From NCBI GenBank assembly GCA_049997795.1, contig JBEKVT010000001.1, forward strand, positions 173,222-237,221: a DNA stretch of 64,000 bases. The letters are read 5' to 3'. Position 1 is the stretch's first letter. Each line of letters opens with the position of its first letter. Shown here piece by piece: positions 38,054-46,999 of the stretch. Position numbers and translations under genes: made by a program. The DNA comes from Minisyncoccia bacterium (GTDB taxonomy: Bacteria; Patescibacteriota; Minisyncoccia; Phycocordibacterales; PALSA-1337). Below the pieces are notes generated by a model. The model saw only the letters and a list, made by a program, of their open reading frames with translations. It made no database searches and was not told the DNA's origin.

Positions 38054-39366
38054 AAAAAACAAACCTCATCATATTGATAGCCGTGATCGTCTTCGTCCTC
38101 GTCGCAGCCGGAGGGACGTACTGGTTCTTCTTCATGCAAGCCCCGGCTCCGACTACGACCGGAACCGGCGGGACGGGCCAGTCCGGCTTCCAGCCCTTCG
38201 GCAGGACGACACCGTTCGGGGGCGGCTCGAATACAAATGCGACCGGCACGAGTACCGGTAACCAGAATTACAATGGTTGGGTACCGGGGGCTCCGTTCAA
38301 GCTTCCGATCTTGCGCTTGCTTTCCGACACGCCGATCGGCGGCTACGGCGCTTCGACCACTGCCTCGACTACCGTGGTGCGCTGGGTCGATCGGGGGAGA
38401 GGAAATGTGTATGAAGCGACGTATGATTCGCCGCTCATCACGACCATCTCCAACACCGTCGTGCCAAGGATATACGAGAGTATGTGGAACAAGAACTTAA
38501 CGGCCTTCATAGGCTCGCTCCTCCCGGACGGCGATCGGGCGCCAACGAACGTATATGCCCAGATCGTCGCCCATTCGACTTCGACCGGGGCCATGACGAG
38601 CACTGGAAGCGCATCTGGGAACGCCTCCGTCACGCCATTCGAACTGCGGGGCAAAAATCTGCCGACCGGCCTCATCGGCTACGCCGTCTCGCCAGACAAG
38701 AGCAAGCTATTCATGCTCATAAACCAGAATGGTAACGGCGTTGGGTATGTCTCGACCTTCGATGGTCAGAAGACGGCCGCGATCTTCACGTCCCCGCTCA
38801 CTGAGGTCAATGTCGACTGGCCGACGGATAACGCAATCGCCATAACCACCAAAGGATCGTCCGTCTATGACGGTTTCCTCTACCTGGTCAATCCGAAGAC
38901 TGGTGTATGGAAAAGAGCCGTCGGGCCGCTCCCGGGACTCAGCGCTTCGGTGAGCCACGATGGTAAATATGCTCTTGTCTCGTCGGCGGACGGCAACAAC
39001 GGAATCTCGACGAGCATATACTCTCTGGCCTCCGGCACTTCCGCAAACGCCGCAATCCATACCTTGGCTGACAAGTGCGCGTGGGGTAATTTCTACAAAG
39101 ACACGGTGTACTGCGCGGTGCCGTCGCAGGCTGTCACCGGAGCTTATCCGGAAGACTGGTACGCCGGCACGCTTTCGACCATCGACAAGATATGGCAGCT
39201 TGACGCCTTGACGGGAGGGGTCCGCCTGGTCTCCTCGATCACGGGCCAATCTGACCGTGTCGTCGATGCCTTCAACCTCGGCCTGGACGCCAAGGACGGC
39301 TACCTCTTCTTCATGAACAAGGATGACTTGTCTTTCTGGTCGCTGGACCTCGTGCGATCGCAATAG
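38050..39366 (+). CDS. membrane-anchored beta-propeller-like protein
   Basis: N-terminal anchor LIILIAVIVFVLVAAGGTYWFFF; Gly/Thr-rich linker; repeated segments resembling PD40/TolB-type blades (DGKYALVSSADGNNGISTSIYSL); start overlaps the previous stop (ATGA). Confidence 0.45.
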   Translation: MKKTNLIILIAVIVFVLVAAGGTYWFFFMQAPAPTTTGTGGTGQSGFQPFGRTTPFGGGSNTNATGTSTGNQNYNGWVPGAPFKLPILRLLSDTPIGGYGASTTASTTVVRWVDRGRGNVYEATYDSPLITTISNTVVPRIYESMWNKNLTAFIGSLLPDGDRAPTNVYAQIVAHSTSTGAMTSTGSASGNASVTPFELRGKNLPTGLIGYAVSPDKSKLFMLINQNGNGVGYVSTFDGQKTAAIFTSPLTEVNVDWPTDNAIAITTKGSSVYDGFLYLVNPKTGVWKRAVGPLPGLSASVSHDGKYALVSSADGNNGISTSIYSLASGTSANAAIHTLADKCAWGNFYKDTVYCAVPSQAVTGAYPEDWYAGTLSTIDKIWQLDALTGGVRLVSSITGQSDRVVDAFNLGLDAKDGYLFFMNKDDLSFWSLDLVRSQ

Positions 39367-39408
39367 CGGGGCACAGGGCTCGTCTCCCCGGGACAACCAG
39401 GGTCCGTT

Positions 39409-40152
39409 CTACATCTTGAGGTGCCTCTTTCGTATGTACAATTCCTGGAAGAGCGTCATGAGAGAGCTGGTCATCCAGTAGACGGCCATAACGGATGATG
39501 CTTCGGGAAAGCGGGCGGGAATGATCCAGTATATCGAAACGAAAGCCAGGACTGGCACGAGATATTTCATCTGCGTGTTCATTGAATCAGCCAGTCTGGC
39601 CGGCGAGCTCTGTCCTGGCGGGGCTTTGGGCGCCTGCTTGGCTTGTTTGGAGGCCAGCGAGAACTGGAGCTGGAGGAATTGGATGATGCCCGTGGCGACC
39701 GCCAGGATGAGGCTCGGCTTGGTCAAATCTATGAACCCGAGAAAATTGGTCTTCAGAATGGGCGCGAAAACTAGAGGGTATAGGAGGTTGGTTTGGACCG
39801 TCGGGATGATCTTATAGAAGACCGAGATGAGCGCGAGCAGGATGGGCAGTTGGATGATAAGGAGCAGGAAGCCGGAAAAGGGCTTGACGCCCTTCTCCTT
39901 GTAGAGCTCCATGATCTTCAAGGCCTGGACCTGGCGGTCGCTCGCATACTGGTTCCTCAGCCTGTTCGCCTCCGGCTCGATGCTCTTCATGCGCACCTGG
40001 GTGAGCAGGGCCGACTTCGAGAGAGGGAAGAGGATGACTTTGACGATCGCCGTGAAGATTATCACTGCTATGCCCACGTCAATCCACGGCAAGAGGTCCA
40101 TGATGACGATCAAGCAGTTGTAGAGCGGCCGGAAGATGAACTCGTTATACAT
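39409..40152 (-). CDS. yidC: membrane protein insertase YidC (short form)
   Basis: LLPWIDVGIAVIIFTAIVKVILFPLS and 5 TM helices typical of YidC/Oxa1; conserved rnpA-yidC order; start chosen at MYNEFIF. Confidence 0.8.
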   Translation of the reverse strand: MYNEFIFRPLYNCLIVIMDLLPWIDVGIAVIIFTAIVKVILFPLSKSALLTQVRMKSIEPEANRLRNQYASDRQVQALKIMELYKEKGVKPFSGFLLLIIQLPILLALISVFYKIIPTVQTNLLYPLVFAPILKTNFLGFIDLTKPSLILAVATGIIQFLQLQFSLASKQAKQAPKAPPGQSSPARLADSMNTQMKYLVPVLAFVSIYWIIPARFPEASSVMAVYWMTSSLMTLFQELYIRKRHLKM

Positions 40153-40163
40153 GTCGTGTAATG

Positions 40164-40517
40164 TTAGCGCAAAACCCCGGCCTTCACAAAAAGATCTCGG
40201 AGGTCGCATGTCATCTCCGTCATTGTGGCGGTCGTGGCCTTCCTCGTGGCGAACACAATGGCGCGGAGGCCCGTTTTACCGACCATCCGGAGCAGGGGCC
40301 TGGCCGCGGCATACATCCGGCGTCTCATGGCGTTCCTGGTCACGGCCGTCTTGGCGATCCTCTTCGGCGCCACGACGGATGCGCGGAAACTCTTTCCGTC
40401 GCCGGCGTCAAACGATCTCAATAAGAAAAGGGGGGAATGAAAAATCCTCCCTTTTTCCATCGTTTCATCGAATTGTCCCTTGGAAAGCCTATTAGATCGG
40501 CGGAACATCCTGTTCAT
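40164..40517 (-). CDS. rnpA: ribonuclease P protein component
   Basis: RLSKGQFDETMEKGRIFHSPLFLL matches the RnpA family; start (MNRMF) overlaps the rpmH stop by 1 nt. Confidence 0.7.
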   Translation of the reverse strand: MNRMFRRSNRLSKGQFDETMEKGRIFHSPLFLLRSFDAGDGKSFRASVVAPKRIAKTAVTRNAMRRRMYAAARPLLRMVGKTGLRAIVFATRKATTATMTEMTCDLRDLFVKAGVLR

Positions 40518-40651
40518 TATACCGCTATGCGGCGGCGCCCCTTGGCTCGGCGACGGGCCAGGGTCCTTTTGCCGCCGGGGGTTCTCATTCTCGTTCTGAA
40601 CCCGTGAGACCTGGCGCGCTTGCGTTTTCTCGGTTTGTAGGTGAACGACAT
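40517..40651 (-). CDS. rpmH: 50S ribosomal protein L34 (below the ORF-track length cutoff)
   Basis: hand translation [44 protein letters not shown], 44 aa, classic L34 sequence. Confidence 0.85.
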   Translation of the reverse strand: MSFTYKPRKRKRARSHGFRTRMRTPGGKRTLARRRAKGRRRIAV

Positions 40652-40670
40652 GTGGGAAGAGCATAGCAGA

Positions 40671-40709
40671 CTATCCACAAATTATCAACATGTTTTTCAG
40701 ACATCCACA
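40671..40709 (+). promoter_or_regulatory. cluster of three DnaA-box-like 9-mers upstream of dnaA
   Basis: CTATCCACA, TTATCAACA and ACATCCACA in the same orientation within the 106-bp rpmH-dnaA spacer (consensus TTATCCACA). Confidence 0.5.
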
Positions 40710-40757
40710 AGTTTGCAGATTTGTAAACAAGTATATACTTACCCCCGACGTACCCCC

Positions 40758-42101
40758 ATGAACGACTTCTCAAAGATGTGGCAGACGGCTCTCATCGAGA
40801 TAGAATCGGCCGTGTCCCAGGCCAATTTTTCCACGTGGTTCAAGGAGACGGTCATACTGAGGGAGGAGGGCGGGACCATATATCTCGGCGTGCCAAACTC
40901 GTTCACCCAGGAATGGCTCCAGAAGAAATTCCACAACTCCATCCTTCGCATCCTCCGGCAGATGAACGACCGGGTGCGAGCCCTGGAATACGTCATCGTC
41001 AAGGACGAGGCCCGGCCGGCCGGGCCGAGGAAGTCCTCGTCTCCGGCGCCGACCATGCCGATGCCGCTCCAGGACTTCTATATCAATAAAGAAGACAACC
41101 TCAATCCCAGATACACCTTCGATACTTTCGTGGTCGGGCCTTTTAACGAGCTGCCATACGCCGCCTCCCAAACAGTCATCAAGAATCCCGGGCAGACATA
41201 CAATCCGCTGTTCATCTACGGGGAGACCGGGAGAGGCAAAACCCATCTGATCCAGGCGGTCGGCAACCAGATCAAGGCGCTGTACCCCAACAAAAAAGTC
41301 TTCTATCTCACCTCCGAACGGTTCGGCAGCGAGCTCCTGGCGGCCCTCCAGGAGGGGAAGGCCCAGCAATTCAAGGATAAGTACCGTAAATACGAGGTCC
41401 TGATCATGGACGACGTGCAATTCTTCTCCGGCAAGGAGAAATTCCAGGAGGAGTTCTTCCATCTGTTCAATCTGTTCAAGGACAGCGGCCGGCAGCTGGT
41501 CTTCTCGTCGGACAAGCATCCGAACACTCTCCCCGGTATGGAGGACCGCTTGCGCGGCCGATTCAACGCCGGTATGGTCCTCGACATCCCCGAGCCGGAT
41601 CACGAGTCGAGGATGTGCATCGTCAAGGCCAAGTGCGGCGCCTATAACGTCACCTTGTCGAATGAGGCAGTCGAGTATGTGGCCTCGACCATCAAAGACA
41701 ACATCCGTGAGATAGAAGGGGTGGTCAATATCATCGCTTGCCAGAGCCAATTCAAGAACCGGGAGCTGAATCTGAACGAGATAAGGAGCATCCTGAAGAA
41801 CAACACCAAACCAAGGAAGCTCCTGTCCGTGAAGGACTTAGTCAAGACCGTCTCAGAATTCTACAATATCGGGGAAGAAACCATATACAACAAGACCAGA
41901 CGGAAAGAGGTGGTGAGGCCGAGGCAGGTCGTCATGTACCTCCTGCGGGAGGACTTCAGCGTCTCCTTTCCGTCGATCGGCGAGAAGTTGGGAGGCAGGG
42001 ACCACACCACCGTCATTCATTCCTATAACAAGATGAAGGAGGAAATAAAGGTCGATCCGCTCCTGTCGCAGGAGATAAGTCAGCTGCGGTCGATGATCTG
42101 A
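40758..42101 (+). CDS. dnaA: chromosomal replication initiator DnaA
   Basis: start chosen at MNDFSKMWQTALIEIE; AAA+ Walker A GETGRGKTHL, Walker B LIMDDVQF; C-terminal DNA-binding domain (VVMYLLRE...GGRDHTTVIHS). Confidence 0.92.
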   Translation: MNDFSKMWQTALIEIESAVSQANFSTWFKETVILREEGGTIYLGVPNSFTQEWLQKKFHNSILRILRQMNDRVRALEYVIVKDEARPAGPRKSSSPAPTMPMPLQDFYINKEDNLNPRYTFDTFVVGPFNELPYAASQTVIKNPGQTYNPLFIYGETGRGKTHLIQAVGNQIKALYPNKKVFYLTSERFGSELLAALQEGKAQQFKDKYRKYEVLIMDDVQFFSGKEKFQEEFFHLFNLFKDSGRQLVFSSDKHPNTLPGMEDRLRGRFNAGMVLDIPEPDHESRMCIVKAKCGAYNVTLSNEAVEYVASTIKDNIREIEGVVNIIACQSQFKNRELNLNEIRSILKNNTKPRKLLSVKDLVKTVSEFYNIGEETIYNKTRRKEVVRPRQVVMYLLREDFSVSFPSIGEKLGGRDHTTVIHSYNKMKEEIKVDPLLSQEISQLRSMI

Positions 42102-42335
42102 TTTGTGGAAATGGTGTTGAATGATTGTTATCGGGCTGTGTCACAGGCCAGGGACAAGAAGGGACTAAAAGAGACAGTCACGATCGGGTATGGCGACTTA
42201 TCAATTCACAATCAACAGGACACCGGGCTAGACCATCCGAAACGAGCAGCCAGAGTATGAGCTTTTTGGGATACCAACCTCTCCCCACCCCTAATAACAA
42301 TAATAAGATCTTTTTATAAGATATATAAAACATCC
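42102..42335. other. dnaA-dnaN spacer: candidate oriC segment with weak DnaA-box-like sites and an AT-rich tract
   Basis: TGTGGAAAT near 42105 (7/9 to the box complement) and an AT-rich run taataacaataataagatctttttataagatatataaaac next to the dnaN start. Confidence 0.35.
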
Positions 42336-43442
42336 ATGAAGTGCGAAGTCCAGGTGGAAAAACTCAAACGCGCGATATCTCTGACCGAGAAAGTCGCAGG
42401 TCGCCGCACCACATTACCTGTATTGTCTTGCGTTTTTGTCGACATAAAGAAGGAACGCGCCGTTTTCAAGGCCACTAATCTCGATCTCGGCGTCAGCGTG
42501 GAGATCCCGGTGAAATCCGATTGGGAGGGAGTATTCGCCGTTCCGGCCCGCACAATTTCTTCGTTCCTGGCTCAGATAGGAGACAAAGAGCAGCTGGCCC
42601 GCCTCGAGCCCATCTCGAAAAACCTCGATATAACCCTGTCCAAATCGAGAGGTGTCTTGAAGACGCTCCCACCCGAAGACTTCCCGGAGATTCCGACGGT
42701 CGCTGAAGGGAAGACGATATCTTTCCCGTCCGAGGCCTTGGTCAAAGGATTCAGATCCGTGTGGTACAGCGCCTCGGCCTCCAACGTGAAGCCGGAGCTC
42801 TCGAGCATATATGTGCACCATGACGCCGGATTCGTGGTGTTCGTCGCCACAGACTCCTTCCGTCTGGCCGAGAAGAAGGTCCGTCTGCAGAAGACGGCCG
42901 GGTTCGATGACATCCTCATCCCCTTCAAGAATAGCAGTGAGATAACCAGGATCTTGGAGGCAATGGGACCGACCGTCACCATGCGGTCGAACAAGAACCT
43001 GGTGTCCTTCGAGTCGGGCGACGTCCGAGTGACCTCTCGTGTCATCGACGGAGTCTTCCCGGATTACCGGCAAATCGTACCAAAAGGCTATACCACCGAG
43101 GCGATCGTCCTGAAGCAGGATCTCATGAACGCCCTGAAGGTCTCCACTGTGTTCTCTGATGCCTTCAACCAGATCCGCCTCACCGCCGACCCAAAGAAGA
43201 AGACCTTCAGCATCGAGACCAAGAACGCCGATGTCGGCGAGAACCGCTCCGAGATAGACGCCGCTCTCTCCGGAGAGCCGATCGAGGTCAACTTCAACTG
43301 TAAATATGTCTCCGACAGCCTCCAATCTATCGAAGCGGACAGCGTCTCTCTCCAGTGGAACGGCCGCAACAAGCCCATGGTCGTGAGGCCGGTTTCCGGG
43401 GACCAGACCTTCATGTACCTAGTCATGCCCATGAACAGGTGA
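42336..43442 (+). CDS. dnaN: DNA polymerase III beta sliding clamp
   Basis: 368 aa, three-domain clamp; conserved dnaA-dnaN synteny; TATAAA hexamer 6 nt upstream of the ATG. Confidence 0.9.
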   Translation: MKCEVQVEKLKRAISLTEKVAGRRTTLPVLSCVFVDIKKERAVFKATNLDLGVSVEIPVKSDWEGVFAVPARTISSFLAQIGDKEQLARLEPISKNLDITLSKSRGVLKTLPPEDFPEIPTVAEGKTISFPSEALVKGFRSVWYSASASNVKPELSSIYVHHDAGFVVFVATDSFRLAEKKVRLQKTAGFDDILIPFKNSSEITRILEAMGPTVTMRSNKNLVSFESGDVRVTSRVIDGVFPDYRQIVPKGYTTEAIVLKQDLMNALKVSTVFSDAFNQIRLTADPKKKTFSIETKNADVGENRSEIDAALSGEPIEVNFNCKYVSDSLQSIEADSVSLQWNGRNKPMVVRPVSGDQTFMYLVMPMNR

Positions 43443-43455
43443 GCGGCGCCGCGCC

Positions 43456-43725
43456 ATGAAGAGCATCTCCGAGTTCTTCGAGAACATAAGGACGAGACAA
43501 GCTCGGACGGCGCGCCTCTGCACGGTCGTGCAGGGGGCGGTAGAGGAGCACGCGCACATCCCCGTCCAGTTAGAGGCGATAAGCTTCTCTGGCCGGACGG
43601 CGGTCATCAGGGGATTGGACCAGACCGCCAAGTCCGTCGTTTTCGTAAAAAAGACCGCCATTCTGGCGGAGATAGGCGCAAAACTCGGTGACCGATCGGT
43701 CGTCGACATCCGTTTGGCGGCCTGA
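43456..43725 (+). CDS. DUF721 (DciA-like) small protein
   Basis: 89 aa; AVEEHAHIPVQLEAISFSGRTAVIRGLDQTAKSVVFVKKTAILAEIGAKLGDRSVVDIRL fits the DUF721 pattern; position right after dnaN as for recF-region DUF721 genes. Confidence 0.45.
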   Translation: MKSISEFFENIRTRQARTARLCTVVQGAVEEHAHIPVQLEAISFSGRTAVIRGLDQTAKSVVFVKKTAILAEIGAKLGDRSVVDIRLAA

Positions 43726-43726
43726 T

Positions 43727-46279
43727 CTAATTCTGAACGGGGCTGAAGTCCGGGACCGCGAAGGTCGTCGTCGCCTGGGCCCTGTCGTAGACGTCATCGT
43801 ACAGCGTGACTGAGATTATGTTGTTTGCCGATATATTCCCGACGTCCGAGGGAACGAAGGAGAAAGACAGCGGGTTATCGCTGGCCGTCATCGCATATTT
43901 GCCGTTCAGATACACCTCCGTCTTCAGCGGAGGATATTTGCCATTCTCGAGAAGCTGGACGTTAAGAAGGCCGTCTTTCGAGACGACGTCGCCCTGGACG
44001 GGGGAGACGATGCTCACCTTGGGGAAATTACCAGGCACGTGGACGTCGTCGGTGGCCGTCGGAACGAGCGGACTGACGGCATTCTGGAAATCAGGATGGG
44101 CGGCCTGCCACGTTTTGAACCACTGGGCCACCGCATATTCCCAATACTGGAACTGTGAGTCCTGTGAAGGCGCGGAAGGGGCCGGCCCTTGCGGGTCGTC
44201 CTTGTTCACCCAATTGAGGATCGAGTGGACGTCATGAAATACCACCTCTTGCCTGGTCTCCGGCGGCGTGTACTGGGTAGCGACCTTCCCGGAGATCGTG
44301 TCCTTCCAATAAGATACGCCGCCCTGCCAGACGCCGCGCAGGACCGGCTTGCCGTCGGAAAGCGGGGGCGGGGGCGGCCCGAAGGCTTCGGGCGGGAAAT
44401 CTTTGGCCACCTGCGCCATGAAAGCGCCCCATAATGGCGAGATGATCAGGCCGGCCACGTTCGGTTTCATCGCCGTATTGTCGTCGTTGCCGGCCCAGGC
44501 GCCCACGACCAGGCTCGGCGTATAGCCCAAAGTCCAGACGTCGTGGTAATCGTTCGTTGTCCCGGTCTTGATGGCCACTGGCCGGCCGATGGAGTCCCCG
44601 ATCGGCTTCAGGCTGTTCATACGCACGCTCTCATCGGACAGGATGTCCGTCACTTGCCTGGCGATATCGGCCGGAATGACTTGGATCGGGTTGACGACGG
44701 CCCTCTCGAGCGTATTCCCTGAGGCGTCGTCGACTTCCAGGACAGAGCGGTACTGATTCCTGACACCATCGTTGGCGAAGACCCCGTAGGCGCTCGCCAT
44801 GTCTATCAGGCTGATGTCGCATCCGCCGAGGACCAGGCTCAGGCCGCATTGGCTCGGATCGGTGACGGTGACCCCCATCTTTTCGGCGGTGTCAAGAGCG
44901 TTCGGTATGCCGGCCAAGTACAGGGCCTCGACGGCCGGCAGGTTCCTCGACTGGGCCAGGGCCTGTCGGATGGTGAGCGGGCCCTCGAAATTGTTGTCAT
45001 ATTCCCCGGGCGAATAACAGACCTTCTTCGGATCGTCCGAGGGATTCTTCGGGGTGCCGTCGGGGTTGCAAAAGGTGGAGAATTCAGTCTTGATGTCCCA
45101 CAGGACCGTCTCCGGAGTATATCCCTTCTCGAAGTCAGTGGCGTAGATGAACGGCTTGAAAGTCGAACCCGGCTGGCGCTTGGCCAGAGTCACGTTGTAG
45201 TTGCCGTCTATAGAGGCGTCGAAATAATCCTTCGAACCGACCATTGTGAGGATGTCGCCAGTCTTCGGATCAATAGCGATCATGGCCGTATTGCTGGCGT
45301 TGAAATTCTCCGCCAGGGTCGGAGCGAACTTGGTTATGACGTTCTCCGCCTTCTGCTGCATGTCGTAATCCAAGGTGGTGATGACCTTCAGGCCGCCGTT
45401 ATCGACCTCGTCCTCGCCGTACTTTCCCACCAGGTAGTCTATGACGAACATCACGAAGTGAGGCGCCCTGATGCCGGCGCTGTTCTTCGACAGGAACTCG
45501 ACCTTCTCCGCCGAGGCCGACTTGTACTCGGCGTCGGTGATCATGCCGAGCTCCTTCATGCGCCCGAGGACCGTTTTTTGCCTCTTGTCGAGGTCGTCTC
45601 GGTGCGTGCCGTAAGGGGAATAATAAGTGGGAGCCTGGGGTATGGCCGCCAGATAGGCGGACTCGGCCAGAGAATCGTCTTTGGCCGAATGCCCGAAGAA
45701 TTCCTGGCTGGCCTCCTCGACGCCGTAGACGGTGCCGCCGTAAGAGATCTCGTTCAGATATGTCTCCATGATCTGCTCCTTGCTCATGACCCGCGCCAAT
45801 TTGACCGCCAGGACCAACTCCTTCACCTTGCGGACGATCGTCTTGTCCTGGGTCAGAAGGCTGTTCTTGACGACCTGCTGGGTGATTGTCGAAGCTCCCT
45901 GGTCGAAGCCGCCGGAGACCACGTCCGCTATGAAGGCGCGCACGATCGATGTCGGCTCGATGCCGATATTGCTGTAGAAGCTCGAATCCTCGATGGCGAC
46001 CGTCGCTTCCGGTATGTACGGGGACACGTCCCCCAAGGAGACGACGGTCCTTTTGGCGTTCGTGCCGGTGTCATACAGAAGGACGGTGCCGGTGCGATCG
46101 TATATCTTCGTCGACTCTATGATCTTGCGGTTCTCGAAAGACTTCACGTCCGGGAGAGGAAGGGAAGCTACCCATAAGACGAGAAGGCCGGCGCAGACGA
46201 GAAGGGCCGAGGCCGCCACGGCAAGGACAGCCAAGATCCGATGATGGGACCATCGGCGCGCGCGGGCTTGGCGCGTCAT
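43727..46279 (-). CDS. class A penicillin-binding protein (bifunctional glycosyltransferase/transpeptidase, PBP1A type)
   Basis: GT51 motifs EDSSFY and GASTITQQ, transpeptidase STFKPF (SxxK); N-terminal TM anchor; start chosen at MTRQ (ATGA overlap with the small upstream ORF; alternatives at 46288 and 46360). Confidence 0.88.
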   Translation of the reverse strand: MTRQARARRWSHHRILAVLAVAASALLVCAGLLVLWVASLPLPDVKSFENRKIIESTKIYDRTGTVLLYDTGTNAKRTVVSLGDVSPYIPEATVAIEDSSFYSNIGIEPTSIVRAFIADVVSGGFDQGASTITQQVVKNSLLTQDKTIVRKVKELVLAVKLARVMSKEQIMETYLNEISYGGTVYGVEEASQEFFGHSAKDDSLAESAYLAAIPQAPTYYSPYGTHRDDLDKRQKTVLGRMKELGMITDAEYKSASAEKVEFLSKNSAGIRAPHFVMFVIDYLVGKYGEDEVDNGGLKVITTLDYDMQQKAENVITKFAPTLAENFNASNTAMIAIDPKTGDILTMVGSKDYFDASIDGNYNVTLAKRQPGSTFKPFIYATDFEKGYTPETVLWDIKTEFSTFCNPDGTPKNPSDDPKKVCYSPGEYDNNFEGPLTIRQALAQSRNLPAVEALYLAGIPNALDTAEKMGVTVTDPSQCGLSLVLGGCDISLIDMASAYGVFANDGVRNQYRSVLEVDDASGNTLERAVVNPIQVIPADIARQVTDILSDESVRMNSLKPIGDSIGRPVAIKTGTTNDYHDVWTLGYTPSLVVGAWAGNDDNTAMKPNVAGLIISPLWGAFMAQVAKDFPPEAFGPPPPPLSDGKPVLRGVWQGGVSYWKDTISGKVATQYTPPETRQEVVFHDVHSILNWVNKDDPQGPAPSAPSQDSQFQYWEYAVAQWFKTWQAAHPDFQNAVSPLVPTATDDVHVPGNFPKVSIVSPVQGDVVSKDGLLNVQLLENGKYPPLKTEVYLNGKYAMTASDNPLSFSFVPSDVGNISANNIISVTLYDDVYDRAQATTTFAVPDFSPVQN

Positions 46280-46455
46280 TCTTCCCATTTGTCTCCGAAG
46301 GGGTTCAGTTCCTCGTCGTCCAGCACGGGCTCGTCGCTGCCGTCGTCGCCCTCGTTCCATTCTTCCGGGCCGAGGCCGTCCTCCTTCGCCTTCTCGCCGT
46401 GGACGGAGAGGTCTTCATCCTCGACCTCGAGCTCTCTTTTGTTGTCTCTAGCCAT
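46276..46455 (-). CDS. small acidic protein (59 aa) translationally coupled to the PBP gene
   Basis: hand translation MARDNKRELEVEDEDLSVHGEKAKEDGLGPEEWNEGDDGSDEPVLDDEELNPFGDKWEE; below the ORF-track cutoff; stop overlaps the PBP start. Confidence 0.3.
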   Translation of the reverse strand: MARDNKRELEVEDEDLSVHGEKAKEDGLGPEEWNEGDDGSDEPVLDDEELNPFGDKWEE

Positions 46456-46476
46456 GGAGATGATGCCTATTTTGTA

Positions 46477-46995
46477 TCAAATGGGCCTGCTTTTGCAATG
46501 ACCCGCGGCTGTGGATAATCCGGAGCCGCGAACAGCCAAATGGGCGACGGCGACTGCCACAGCGTCATATTCATCGTCAACGGTCTTTTTATCCGGCATG
46601 TCGATCAAGAGGCGCACCATCTTCGTCATCCTAGCCTTGTCGGCCCGGCCATCTCCCGCAACTGCCGTCTTTATCTCCGTGGGCCCGTACTCGCTCGTCG
46701 GAATGCCCCTTTTGGCCGCCTCGTATATGATGATGCCCCTCGCTTCGGCCACGCGCATGGCTGTCTTCCTGTTGTTGGTGACGAACAAGGTCTCGAGCGC
46801 CATGGCATCCGGCTTGAATCCCTCCAGGATGCGCCCGATCTCGCCGCCGATCGACCTGAATCTCGAGGAGATGTCTTCTTCCGGCGAGGTCCTGAAGCAG
46901 CCGGAATACAGCAACACATCCTTTCCTTTGGCCGGCCTCTCTATGATCGCGAGGCCGAGGCGGTCGTAGCCGGGATCGACGCCGACGATCCTCAT
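46477..46995 (-). CDS. ruvC: crossover junction endodeoxyribonuclease RuvC
   Basis: MRIVGVDPGYDRLGLAII start; catalytic acidic residues in DPG ... ETLF ... DEYDA. Confidence 0.85.
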   Translation of the reverse strand: MRIVGVDPGYDRLGLAIIERPAKGKDVLLYSGCFRTSPEEDISSRFRSIGGEIGRILEGFKPDAMALETLFVTNNRKTAMRVAEARGIIIYEAAKRGIPTSEYGPTEIKTAVAGDGRADKARMTKMVRLLIDMPDKKTVDDEYDAVAVAVAHLAVRGSGLSTAAGHCKSRPI

Positions 46996-46999
46996 GGGC

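Noticed and set aside
46241-46501. 86-aa plus-strand Ser-rich ORF between the PBP gene and ruvC
   Set aside because: It lies antisense to the hand-found acidic small ORF and the PBP start. Its low-complexity serine run is typical of a spurious frame.
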